64,000 nt of DNA from Candidatus Thorarchaeota archaeon (GCA_020348985.1 CP070761.1:862324-926323); one strand, 5' to 3'. Positions 49,869-59,497 are shown, numbered from the stretch's first letter. Program-made: numbers and translations. Notes: generated from the letters alone by a model not told the origin.

Positions 49869-52340
49869 GTGAAAAATGTGAGTCCTAGCAAGAAAGGCAA
49901 GAAGAAGGCGCTTACCGACAAGACAGCTCTCTTCATTTGCCGCTGCGGCTCGAACATTTCTGGTGTAATTGATGTTGATTCTCTTCGTGACGAATATGAA
50001 GCCAAAGGAATCCCAATAGTCATCGTGGATGATCATCTTTGCTCTGAGCAGGGCGTTCAGACTTTCGTTGACGCTATCAAGAAGAGCAAGGCCGAGAAAG
50101 TTGTCATGGCAGGATGTTCTCCACTGTTACACTGGGACTTGTTTTCTGAAGCTATGGCAGAAGCGGGGCTTGATGCAGGCCATCTTCAAATCGCGAACAT
50201 CCGCGAGCAAGGAAGCTGGGTGCATTGGGATAAACCAAAGACGGCTACTTCGAAGGCCTCCGCAATCATCGACACAAGCATCTCACAGGTACAGGATTCT
50301 GAACCAATTGCCAAGCATTCTGTTCCTGTGACTCAACGAGTTTTGGTAGTCGGAGGGGGAGTTGCAGGACTCACATCAGCCCTCACAATGGCGGATGCTG
50401 GAATCGAGACTGTGATTGTTGAGAGGGAAGGATTCCTAGGAGGCCACATGGCGAAATGGGACAAGCTCTTCCCTACTTCAGATTGCAGCATTTGTATCCT
50501 GGGCCCCGTGATGACACGTGTCGCTCGCCATCCGTTGATTCGAGTGATTACCAGGGCTGAACTTGAGTATGTTCGAGGCTCAGTTGGGAGCTACATAGCA
50601 TCGATAAAGCAGCATGCTCGCTATGTCGATCTGGAAACATGCACCGGGTGTAACAAGTGTATCGAGGTCTGCCCAGTTGATGTCCCAGATGAATACAACT
50701 ATGGTCTTGGAAAGAGAAAGGCCATGGTCCGTCCGTCGAGTGATACTGTCCCTCTTGCACCCTACATAGACATGGAGAATTGCATAGGTTGCCAAAGCTG
50801 CTCTGGCGTCTGCGAGCCGAAAGCCCTGAGATACGACGATGAAGATAACCATGAGACCATTGAGTTCGGCGCGATTGTTGTAGCTACGGGATTCAAGGCA
50901 TTTGATGCGTCTCTGGTGGAGGAGTTTGGCTATGGTGAGAATCCGGATGTGGTCACCTCTCTCGAGTTTGAAAGAATGGCTAATCCAGAAGGACCGACAG
51001 GTGGCAGGATAGTAAGTCCATCGACAGGTAAACCCCCAAAGCAAGTCGTGTTTGTGGAATGCGTTGGCAGTCGATCGGAGAGATTCAACAGACCGTATTG
51101 CAGCCGAGTTTGCTGTACAGCATCTGTCAAAGAAACACTGCAATTGAAAGAACAGATACCTGACAGTGAAGTCTACGTCTTCTACACGGACATGAGAGTG
51201 TTCGGGAAGGGATACGAAGAACTGTATGAAAGAGCATCCAATGACCATGGCGTCCGATTCGTTCGAGGAGCAGTAGGTGACATCATCCTTGATCCAGTAT
51301 CAGGGAAGACCACGATTAGAGGAGAGGACACACTTCTTGGGAGGATGATTGATGTTGAGGCGGACCTTGTAGTATTGATGGTGGGCATGGAACCAGATCA
51401 CAGCAATGCGTACCTTTCGAAGCTGCTCCGGATTCCACTTGATGAAAATGGATTCTTCCTTGAGGACCATCCGAAGCTCAGGCCGAGTAGTACATCTTCT
51501 AAAGGCATTGTAATCGCTGGAACTGCGCAAGGTCCGAAGGACATCGCAGACGCTGTTGCTCATGCCGGGCTCGCATCATCAAGAGTTTTGACTCTGTTAT
51601 CTCGCGGAGATGTTATCACTGACGCGTGCGTTCCATCATTCGATTCTGAGCTATGCATTGGATGCAAGCTCTGTGAACAGAACTGCTCTCCAAACGCAAT
51701 CAGAGTCAGAGACAGCGTGGCTGAGATAAACACTGCTGCCTGTAAGGCCTGTGGTGCTTGTGTTGCTGCTTGTCCCTCGGGTGCATTGGACCTGCCGTGT
51801 CTCACGAACGAGCAACTACTGAAGGCCACAAGGACTGCAGTTGAGCGAAATCCGTTAAGGCCCGCTATAGTGGGGTATCTTTGCAGATGGTGCGCCTATA
51901 GCGCTGCGGACAAAGCTGGCATATCTAGGACCACGTACCCTGCCAACATCATTCCAATCTTAGTACCGTGCACAGGCCGCCTGAATTCGCAGACAGTCCT
52001 TACGGCATTTGCTGAGGGTGCTGATGGTGTTGCAGTAATAGGATGTTACGAACAGGATTGTCATTACAGATCGGGGGCAAAGAATGCCCGAGAGAGAATG
52101 GAGAACCTCAGAAGTGTCATCATGGAAGCAGGTATTGACGGTCGAAGACTGTACTTCGGAAGTGTATCTGCATCAGAGGGAAGCCACTACGCTGACCATG
52201 TTAGACGGTTCGTGAGTCTGGTTAAGAAACTTGGACCTCTTGGTTCTGAGTTGAGTGAGGAAACAGTAGCATTGTATGGAAAAGAGCCTGATGTTGCCAT
52301 CACCTCCAATCCTCACGGCGAAGGAGGAGAGGGGGATTAG
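49869..52340 (+). CDS. hdrA: Heterodisulfide reductase subunit A fused to MvhD
   Basis: CRCGSNI, GCSP, GGGVAG, DCSICI, inserted 2x[4Fe-4S], LEFER, CVGSR..YCSRVCC...K, C-terminal ferredoxin, then MvhD motifs LCRWCAY, VPCTGR, GC...CHY. Confidence 0.95.
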   Translation: MKNVSPSKKGKKKALTDKTALFICRCGSNISGVIDVDSLRDEYEAKGIPIVIVDDHLCSEQGVQTFVDAIKKSKAEKVVMAGCSPLLHWDLFSEAMAEAGLDAGHLQIANIREQGSWVHWDKPKTATSKASAIIDTSISQVQDSEPIAKHSVPVTQRVLVVGGGVAGLTSALTMADAGIETVIVEREGFLGGHMAKWDKLFPTSDCSICILGPVMTRVARHPLIRVITRAELEYVRGSVGSYIASIKQHARYVDLETCTGCNKCIEVCPVDVPDEYNYGLGKRKAMVRPSSDTVPLAPYIDMENCIGCQSCSGVCEPKALRYDDEDNHETIEFGAIVVATGFKAFDASLVEEFGYGENPDVVTSLEFERMANPEGPTGGRIVSPSTGKPPKQVVFVECVGSRSERFNRPYCSRVCCTASVKETLQLKEQIPDSEVYVFYTDMRVFGKGYEELYERASNDHGVRFVRGAVGDIILDPVSGKTTIRGEDTLLGRMIDVEADLVVLMVGMEPDHSNAYLSKLLRIPLDENGFFLEDHPKLRPSSTSSKGIVIAGTAQGPKDIADAVAHAGLASSRVLTLLSRGDVITDACVPSFDSELCIGCKLCEQNCSPNAIRVRDSVAEINTAACKACGACVAACPSGALDLPCLTNEQLLKATRTAVERNPLRPAIVGYLCRWCAYSAADKAGISRTTYPANIIPILVPCTGRLNSQTVLTAFAEGADGVAVIGCYEQDCHYRSGAKNARERMENLRSVIMEAGIDGRRLYFGSVSASEGSHYADHVRRFVSLVKKLGPLGSELSEETVALYGKEPDVAITSNPHGEGGEGD

Positions 52341-52344
52341 TCCA

Positions 52345-53700
52345 ATGGAGAGACAAGATGTCTCCGTAGGCGAGAGACCTGTGGTTTCCATGGACGTAAC
52401 TGAAGCAAAAGTACGCTTGGAATGGAATACGTCTCTTCTGCTGCGAAGACTTGATTATGATATCGACAAGTGTGTTGGTTGCAGTCTATGTCTTCCCTGT
52501 CCGTGGGAGGCAATTACTCTGGGACCGGTTGCTGAGACCGCGGCCGGACGTATTGAGGGGGCTCCTCTTGTGATGGTGGATCCAGACATCTGTACTTTCT
52601 GCGGTCTGTGTGATTCGGCCTGCGTGTTCAAGGCCTTTGATGCTTCATATGAGGGCGAGTCTGCGATCAATGAGTTCGTTAGGATTGATGGGGTCCATGT
52701 TGTTGACAATGAGAAGTGTGCTCCGTGTCTCCTTTGTGCTAAAGTCTGTCCAACTGGAGCTCTTGAGGTTGACGTGAAGGTCGATCATAAGAAGGACCTT
52801 GTAGTCTACAGGGGCGACGTCTCGGCTGAAGGTACAATCAAGATCGATGAGGACAAATGCTCCTATTGTGGACTGTGTGAGATTCTGTGTCCCGAGGCCA
52901 TCAAGATATTCTGGTCAGAGTCAGCCGAACCACCAGATTTCAGACCTGCCGTTGGGATTCGCGTCGTAGAGGAGGAATGTGACTACTGCGGTCTGTGCGA
53001 AGGTATCTGTCCCGATGACGCGATCAAAGTTGAATGCACAAAATCGAGTTCGAGGAAAATAACTGAGCCCAAGATAAGTGGGGAGCTTCGTCACGATGAC
53101 GAGAAGTGTGTGAAATGTTCTCTCTGTGCAGGCGTTTGTCCCTATGATGCAATCAAGGTGGAGAAGCCCTTCTCAGGCGAAGTGAAAGTCCAGCATCTTG
53201 AACGATGTGATCCCACAGGATGTGTCAATTGCTTCAACATTTGTCCTGTCAAAGCAATCTACCCCACGGGCACCGAAAGTAAGTTGGAGGTACTCGACGG
53301 AAACTGCATCTACTGCGGCGCCTGTGAAAACGCATGCCCAGACGAAGTCCTCGTAGTGTCAAGAAGTGGATACAAACTAGACGAACTTGAAAGAGCAAGA
53401 GAGTGGGAGAAAGCCAGGAAGCACTTCTTTGATGCAGTTGTTGGCATCGAAAAGACACCTAGCGGCCTCTTCGAGCGAGACTTGAACGTAGTTGAAGCAA
53501 GGCAACGACCTCAGGACGTTGCTATTGACGATGAGTGGGACACAGAGGATGGTGTTAGAGCCGCAGCCAAGAACCTAGTTGGCTCAGTAAGCCGACTGCT
53601 GAGTCGGGACCCCAGCCTTCAGATGCATTTGGAAAGAGGCAGAACTGAAAAGGTCATTGAGAAGATCAAGGAGCAGAGTAAAGGCTCTCCAAAGAAGTGA
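52345..53700 (+). CDS. fwdF: FwdF-type polyferredoxin (8 x [4Fe-4S])
   Basis: Eight CxxCxxCxxxC-type motifs. Start at ATG 52345, right after the hdrA stop. Confidence 0.85.
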   Translation: MERQDVSVGERPVVSMDVTEAKVRLEWNTSLLLRRLDYDIDKCVGCSLCLPCPWEAITLGPVAETAAGRIEGAPLVMVDPDICTFCGLCDSACVFKAFDASYEGESAINEFVRIDGVHVVDNEKCAPCLLCAKVCPTGALEVDVKVDHKKDLVVYRGDVSAEGTIKIDEDKCSYCGLCEILCPEAIKIFWSESAEPPDFRPAVGIRVVEEECDYCGLCEGICPDDAIKVECTKSSSRKITEPKISGELRHDDEKCVKCSLCAGVCPYDAIKVEKPFSGEVKVQHLERCDPTGCVNCFNICPVKAIYPTGTESKLEVLDGNCIYCGACENACPDEVLVVSRSGYKLDELERAREWEKARKHFFDAVVGIEKTPSGLFERDLNVVEARQRPQDVAIDDEWDTEDGVRAAAKNLVGSVSRLLSRDPSLQMHLERGRTEKVIEKIKEQSKGSPKK

Positions 53701-54064
53701 CTTCTTCGCTGCTCCGGGAAACAGATACCGGCAGCCCGTGAAGCTGGGCAATGCCTTCATCTCCGTTTACGCGGGCCAAGTGCAAAGACCAGGGCCCTCG
53801 TGGCATGGTCGCGAGGCCTTCTTTCGTTCTCTCACTTTGAAAAGCTTGAACATTGATTCTCTTTGAACTAGTCTTGATTGAGACAACATCCCCATCTTTC
53901 AGACCAATTCTCTGAAAATCGCTCCTGTTAAGCCAGACAAGTGCGGCTGCCATTCGATAGCTCTCAGACGCTGTGTTAGCTACGGACTTGATATCTGCCT
54001 CAAATGAGTGCACGATTACCAGCTTGAGCTGGACTTCTGGAAAGAGGAAGTCGCCCAGGGACAT
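53666..54064 (-). CDS. fwdD: Formylmethanofuran dehydrogenase subunit D homolog, degenerate
   Basis: Y..AAA.VWLN..D...IGLKDGDVVSI...MPRGPW...PVSV...EEV fits the FwdD/molybdopterin-dinucleotide-binding fold. Confidence 0.75.
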   Translation of the reverse strand: MSLGDFLFPEVQLKLVIVHSFEADIKSVANTASESYRMAAALVWLNRSDFQRIGLKDGDVVSIKTSSKRINVQAFQSERTKEGLATMPRGPWSLHLARVNGDEGIAQLHGLPVSVSRSSEEVTSLESLYSAP

Positions 54065-54193
54065 TCTCTAAGCCTCACGAAAAACTTGACTTGGCATAGC
54101 CAGTGGGTCCCTTCATGAATCTTTTGTCATGAACCTTGTTTTGAAATGGTCCTATGAAAAGAAAAAAAGGCAGTCCGCCCTATCCCATTTCGA

Positions 54194-54841
54194 TTGATGA
54201 TGGCAGACGACATTCTAGAATACTGGATGAGTCTCGCTCGAGAACTAGCATCAAGATTCAACGTAGAAGAATTCGATACAAGTTCAGCATTCTGGAGTTG
54301 GGACAATTTCAAAGACGATATTCGCACACTGAAAGGAAGATTGGGAGTTGGCAATGATTTCATTGATTTCCTTGGATACCACGTAGATTTCGAATCAGGT
54401 GAAACAACTGATACGTTGGCGGGCATTCCGGGAAGGACCTCCAAGCTTGTCCCATTTCTTTACTACTATAGCAAGGCAAAGGATGTCGGCATTGCAGACG
54501 AATGGGAGAAGTTCTCAGCACTGAAAGGTTCGTGGGCCTGTAGACATTCATTTGATGAACAAGATCTTGAGACTCTGAGAAGGAAGTACGTTGAGGACAA
54601 AGAAAAGCTATTCGAGACTCTTGAGAAGCTCGGCGGAGAAAGGGCTGGTCACGGTGATGATGCCTATGTTGTATCATTTCTGCCAATGGTGAAAGTGCTT
54701 CTTGTATTTGAGGAGGAGGATGAGGAGTTCCCTGCGACCGCAAGACTGCTGTTCGACAAGAATTCGATTTTCTATGAACCACACGAAATGCTGGGTTCAA
54801 TCGGGTGGATGATGGCTAGCAGAGTTGCGATTACAGGTTGA
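54194..54841 (+). CDS. DUF3786 domain protein
   Basis: FLG, LYYY, W..F..L.G, GDDAY..SFLP, EEDEEFPATARLLFD. Confidence 0.8.
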   Translation: MMMADDILEYWMSLARELASRFNVEEFDTSSAFWSWDNFKDDIRTLKGRLGVGNDFIDFLGYHVDFESGETTDTLAGIPGRTSKLVPFLYYYSKAKDVGIADEWEKFSALKGSWACRHSFDEQDLETLRRKYVEDKEKLFETLEKLGGERAGHGDDAYVVSFLPMVKVLLVFEEEDEEFPATARLLFDKNSIFYEPHEMLGSIGWMMASRVAITG

Positions 54842-54912
54842 ATGAGATGGGACAGTAGGGAATACTTTTATCGTACATAGGTCAATACAACCATCTACGG
54901 GAGATTCCCACA

Positions 54913-55137
54913 ATGGTCGTTGTCAATGTTCTAATCCAGGTGGAGGCAGGGAAAGTCTGGGAAGCTTGTAAAGCTATTGAATCGATCGATGGTGTAATGC
55001 GAGCTAACGTCGTGACTGGCCCCTATGATGTGATAGCTTATGCGGAGCTACCGTCCACAGAGGATGTGCGACGCTTGATGCAAAGCGTCCATGATGTAGA
55101 TGGTGTGTCCCGCACAGAAACCTGCATCGCAATCTAG
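54913..55137 (+). CDS. Stand-alone Lrp/AsnC ligand-binding (RAM) domain protein
   Basis: VTGPYDVIA...DGVSRTETCI. Confidence 0.9.
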   Translation: MVVVNVLIQVEAGKVWEACKAIESIDGVMRANVVTGPYDVIAYAELPSTEDVRRLMQSVHDVDGVSRTETCIAI

Positions 55138-55151
55138 TGTGCGCATGAGTT

Positions 55152-55176
55152 CAGGCATTCTGTCGCAGAGTGCCTG
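55152..55176 (+). terminator. 11-bp RNA hairpin downstream of the RAM-domain gene
   Basis: CAGGCATTCTG-tcg-CAGAGTGCCTG (one U-G pair), followed by TTCGTTTC. Confidence 0.5.
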
Positions 55177-55332
55177 TTCGTTTCATTGGTGGACAGGCTT
55201 TCAGTATCTTCCGTGGTCTTTTCACGATTGACTCAACCACGAGCTCTTCCTGAGAATAGGCCGTCTACGATGCACTTATCAGAAGCACACAAGGGCGGAA
55301 TTCCAACATCGCAACCGGACTGTGAAGCCTAG

Positions 55333-56697
55333 ATGGAACATGGACCTGACATCATTGACGCCGCCCCCACGCTTGACGTATCCAAAATCGGGGTCCTATC
55401 TGTGCTGACTGCTCTTGGCAGGCTGGGAAGGTCTCTGACAATCATTGTGCTCCCGTTGTTTGCACTTGAGATTGGATATGATGAAGCATTTTATGGTCTC
55501 ATGGTAGCAGCTGCTGGCTATGTTCAGGCTGCAGCCCTGTTCCCTGCAGGCACGTTCAGTGACAGAAGAGGCAGAGGTCTGGCAATCCTCTTGGGAAGCA
55601 TCATCAGTGGCATTGGTCTTGTTTTGATTCCCTTCACATCTGACCCGATTCTCATCATTGGTCTATATGCTCTCACGGGATTGGGAGGAGGCTTCACAAG
55701 TACTTCGATAGATTCGTTGATTGCTGACCATACCAGAAGCGGCGGTGAGAGAACGAAATCATATGGATATACAATCACTGTTGCCACGCTTGCCGCGATA
55801 GTTGGACCATTCATGGGCGGCTACATCCTAGACCCTGTCGCATTTCCAGGAATAGATAATGCGATGGTACGATATGCCATCATATTCACCTTCATGGGAG
55901 TCATAATGTTTGCAGCTGGCATCATTGGTTTCACCACTGATCGATGGCTGAAGAACAACACTGACGACTCAAAGCAAATCGAAGCCAAAGAAGAAGGCAC
56001 AGAAACGTTCACCGCAGAGAACGACGCAAAGACTGCGCTTCTCTTTGGAGCCAGTCAGGGAATGATGGGCTTTGCGTCAGGTATGGTGATACCCTACTTG
56101 ATCCCTTGGATATACGCCGCATTCAACCCCGACCCCGTTGTGCTGGGCAGCATACCAGCCATCGCCAATCTAACGCTTGCCTCCGGAACGCTCTTTGTAG
56201 GATTAGGTAGTGAACGAATTGGAAAGCTTAGGATAATCTTCCTTCTTTACCTCCTATCGCCGGTGTTCATGTTGGGAATCGTCTACTCATGGTCTCTGGA
56301 GACTATTCTGAATGGACTAGGTATAGCTGCACCTGCGTTCTTTGTGATGATAGTCTTCTACATTGCGAGAAACGCTGTCGCTAACATGGCAAGACCAGCA
56401 TATTCGTCGTTGTTTATGGGAGAAATTAGTGTGGCCAGGAGAGCACGTTCACTTGCTTTGACCAGAATCAGCTGGACATTTCTAAGACAATCTGGCACAC
56501 TAGTAACAGCGGTCATTCTCGCACTGTCTGTTGACATCGTGACTTTCGGTCTTGTGTTGTTCCCAATAGCGATGGTTGTCTACCCTCTTTGTGTAATCCC
56601 GATGTACTTTGCAGTCAAGAGAAATGAAAGAGTCAGGCAAACACAACAAGAATCGTTGCGCCAAGTGAATCGTGATAGAAGCGAAGCTCATATATAG
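55333..56697 (+). CDS. MFS transporter
   Basis: About 12 TM helices, with GTFSDRRGR and SERIGK motif A loops. Confidence 0.92.
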   Translation: MEHGPDIIDAAPTLDVSKIGVLSVLTALGRLGRSLTIIVLPLFALEIGYDEAFYGLMVAAAGYVQAAALFPAGTFSDRRGRGLAILLGSIISGIGLVLIPFTSDPILIIGLYALTGLGGGFTSTSIDSLIADHTRSGGERTKSYGYTITVATLAAIVGPFMGGYILDPVAFPGIDNAMVRYAIIFTFMGVIMFAAGIIGFTTDRWLKNNTDDSKQIEAKEEGTETFTAENDAKTALLFGASQGMMGFASGMVIPYLIPWIYAAFNPDPVVLGSIPAIANLTLASGTLFVGLGSERIGKLRIIFLLYLLSPVFMLGIVYSWSLETILNGLGIAAPAFFVMIVFYIARNAVANMARPAYSSLFMGEISVARRARSLALTRISWTFLRQSGTLVTAVILALSVDIVTFGLVLFPIAMVVYPLCVIPMYFAVKRNERVRQTQQESLRQVNRDRSEAHI

Positions 56698-56760
56698 GAC
56701 CTCAAGTGGCGCTGCTCAGAACTGAACCGAGCACCAAGTCGGCTTCATGATTTAAAGTAG

Positions 56761-57957
56761 GTGAGGACTGTGAGAGACCCAGTATCGTGGATGCGAGAGG
56801 ACTACGAGAAACTTGTTGAGCAGAACTTCGATTGGAAGATCCGAGAACTGCAGGGCCCAAGCACACCAAGGGCTAAGGTCGACGGGAAAGACGTGATAAT
56901 GCTCTGCAGCAACAACTACCTGAATCTGTCCAATCATGAAAGGCTCAAGGAGGCTGCGCTTAAAGCCATCAAATCTCACGGTGTAGGCTCAGGTTCCGTC
57001 CGTGCGATTGCAGGGACAATGGACCTGCATCTTGAGCTTGAAAGAAGACTTGCTAAGTTCAAAGGAGCAGAAGCTGCGCTAACTTACAGTGCGGGATTCA
57101 CATGTAACGAAGGATTGATTCCACAACTTGTGGATAAAGGCGATGCAATTGTATCTGATGAATTGAACCATGGATCAATTATCGACGGTGTAAGACTAAC
57201 AAAAGCGACCCGATTCGTATACAGACACAACGACATGGATGATTTGGAGCGAGTGTTGGAGGAGGCAGAGAAAGAGAATCCTGGAAAGATACTCATCATC
57301 ACCGACGGAGTTTTCTCGATGGACGGAGATATCGCTCCCCTCGACCAAATTGTGAAGAAAGGGAAGAAACACGGTGCAATGATCTATGTTGACGATGCTC
57401 ACGGAGAAGCAGTTCTCGGCAAAGGTGGTAGGGGTATCGTCTCACACTTTGAGCTCACTCACAACGACGTCCACTTTGAGATGGGTACTTTCTCAAAAGC
57501 ATTCGGCGTGATGGGTGGTCACGTATCTGGCAGCGAAGACATGGTCAAGTATGCATTGAACAAGAGCAGATCATGGTTGCTAAGCGCATCACATCCTCCA
57601 GCAACTGCTGCTGCGTGCATTGCTGCGATTGATGTCCTTGAAACTGAACCAGAGCACGTTAAGAGACTCTGGGATAATCGTGAGTACTTCGTGAAGGGTC
57701 TCAAACAGATGGGATATGATACCGGCAATAGTCAGACGCCAATCGTGCCTGCCATGACTGGAGAAAGCTCGAAGGCAGTAGAGCTAAGCAACGGCCTAAT
57801 GGACGAAGGTATCCTCGCCTTGCCAATTGTGTTCCCAATGGTCGCTCGCGACAAAGCTCGTATAAGAAACATGCTGAACTCCGGATTGACCAAGGAACAC
57901 CTAGACACCTCTCTTGAAGCTTATGAGAGGATTGGGAAGAAACTCGGAATCATCTAG
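56761..57957 (+). CDS. kbl: Glycine C-acetyltransferase (2-amino-3-ketobutyrate CoA ligase)
   Basis: CSNNYL, GSVRAIAGT, SDELNHGSIIDG, TDGVFSMDGD, DDAH, GTFSKA. Confidence 0.88.
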   Translation: MRTVRDPVSWMREDYEKLVEQNFDWKIRELQGPSTPRAKVDGKDVIMLCSNNYLNLSNHERLKEAALKAIKSHGVGSGSVRAIAGTMDLHLELERRLAKFKGAEAALTYSAGFTCNEGLIPQLVDKGDAIVSDELNHGSIIDGVRLTKATRFVYRHNDMDDLERVLEEAEKENPGKILIITDGVFSMDGDIAPLDQIVKKGKKHGAMIYVDDAHGEAVLGKGGRGIVSHFELTHNDVHFEMGTFSKAFGVMGGHVSGSEDMVKYALNKSRSWLLSASHPPATAAACIAAIDVLETEPEHVKRLWDNREYFVKGLKQMGYDTGNSQTPIVPAMTGESSKAVELSNGLMDEGILALPIVFPMVARDKARIRNMLNSGLTKEHLDTSLEAYERIGKKLGII

Positions 57958-57972
57958 TTCTAGAGAAAGTGA

Positions 57973-58001
57973 GCCCTGCTCTATCGGTAGGGCACTCTTT
58001 T
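57973..58001 (+). terminator. Hairpin + T tract after kbl
   Basis: GCCCTGC-N7-GTAGGGC followed by ACTCTTTT. Confidence 0.45.
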
Positions 58002-58068
58002 GGTTTACATCCTCATGCTGGACTTCCCTTGGCAAACGGTTAAGTCATCTCGAAGAGTAGTTCTGTGT

Positions 58069-58305
58069 ATGTCTGGAGCTCACAGCGATGCGACTTTGCG
58101 AAGCATATTGAAGGAAGCGGCTGAGGAAGGTACTCGAGTCAGATTCTATGGTGCAAACATGATCATATTGGCCGAAGGTTTTGTAGCCTTTGTTGGAAAC
58201 GGTATCGTTGGAATCAAACACCACTCTAAAGAGAAAGCAGATGAGTTCGTTTCGCTAGCGGCTATAGTCAAGGTACAGTATCTGGCGGAGTACAGTCACT
58301 ACTAG
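58069..58305 (+). CDS. Small hypothetical protein, possible Sm/Hfq-like fold
   Basis: 78 aa with an N-terminal helix then five short beta-type segments. A TTAAG box lies about 25 nt before ATG 58069. Confidence 0.55.
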   Translation: MSGAHSDATLRSILKEAAEEGTRVRFYGANMIILAEGFVAFVGNGIVGIKHHSKEKADEFVSLAAIVKVQYLAEYSHY

Positions 58306-58327
58306 TCCGGGTCTTCGTCAAGGGTAC

Positions 58328-59497
58328 TCATGGAGCTGCAATCCCAAGCGTGCCGAATACGAGAAGCATATAGAGCATCATCACGAAGACCGCAATCATA
58401 GCGATAGATTCTAGAGCATTCACCTTTGCATCATCGGTTATCATTACACGCAGGATGAAGAGCGATGGAAATGCAAAGAACAACAGTACAATGGAGAAAA
58501 GTCCTATTGTAATACTTCCGCCGAGCAACCCTGCAATAATCAGCGTATAGCCAAAAACCACGAAGAATACCTGTACGATCCCTCCAAACGCATTGGAAAG
58601 AGCAACCTCAATCTTACGCTTGATATGACTACTAGCGACTATGATGTACTCAGGCGTACCGGCGAATATCACGAGCAACAGCGCCGCATGAATGAAGTTC
58701 AACCCAATTGTCTCTGTGGCATATTCTGCAAAGCTCGCCAATGCTTCACCGCCTAGCAAAGCTCCAGCTGAAGCTGCTATCAGGAATATTCCAAGACTGC
58801 GCCTAGTGATGTGTTCATGATGAATATCCTTTGAATGCAACAAAGACTCAGACTCAGGGTCATACCTTCCAAAGTACTTGGTTATGCGATAGAGGTAGGC
58901 AATGAAAACTCCAAGGAGACAGAATCCAAACACTAGTAACTCATCTCCTGTGAAAGCGGGCGGCGGTATCACACCTAGAGTAAACACATAGAGCATGAGC
59001 ATCGAGAGACCTACTGCGAGGCTAATGACTGACCCCATAGATAGCAGATCCGAACCGACCTCGTTGATTGCATCCGGTAGTCTGAAATTCCCTCGAGTAT
59101 CCTTCGGAAGTAGGAGTGTGTAGATGGCGAATACCAATGAGTTGACAAAGATTGTGGCCAGGGCCAAGGTCCATGCCAAGTCATAGTTGCCCGCGAGCAT
59201 AAGGAATGTCAAAACTGAAAGCTCTGGGATTGTGCTTGCAAGTGAAGCGTAGATACCGCTTACGTAGTCAGTCAGGTGAAGGTTCTGCGATATGCCCTCC
59301 ACTGCCAGTACGAATGCTTCACACGAACCTGCGATTAGGATGATTCCTCCGAGAGCATCCACTATGGCAACAGTGTCATGTCCGAGGTGAATCCCGATGA
59401 TTTCAAGCACAAATACTGACAGAATCACGAGAAGACCAGCTATGTAGGCGATCATCCAGGGCCTTAGTTTCATTGAGATGCCACCAATCATGCTCAC
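58328..59497 (-). CDS. Ca2+/cation antiporter (CaCA) family
   Basis: Alpha-repeat motifs ASLASTIPE and FAGTPE...SNAFG, about 11 TM helices. Confidence 0.85.
   Translation of the reverse strand: MSMIGGISMKLRPWMIAYIAGLLVILSVFVLEIIGIHLGHDTVAIVDALGGIILIAGSCEAFVLAVEGISQNLHLTDYVSGIYASLASTIPELSVLTFLMLAGNYDLAWTLALATIFVNSLVFAIYTLLLPKDTRGNFRLPDAINEVGSDLLSMGSVISLAVGLSMLMLYVFTLGVIPPPAFTGDELLVFGFCLLGVFIAYLYRITKYFGRYDPESESLLHSKDIHHEHITRRSLGIFLIAASAGALLGGEALASFAEYATETIGLNFIHAALLLVIFAGTPEYIIVASSHIKRKIEVALSNAFGGIVQVFFVVFGYTLIIAGLLGGSITIGLFSIVLLFFAFPSLFILRVMITDDAKVNALESIAMIAVFVMMLYMLLVFGTLGIAAP

Noticed and set aside
55145-55186. Hairpin as a possible SECIS element
   Set aside because: No in-frame TGA in nearby redox genes (HdrA, MvhD and FwdB read through without it). 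Better explained as a terminator or stability hairpin.
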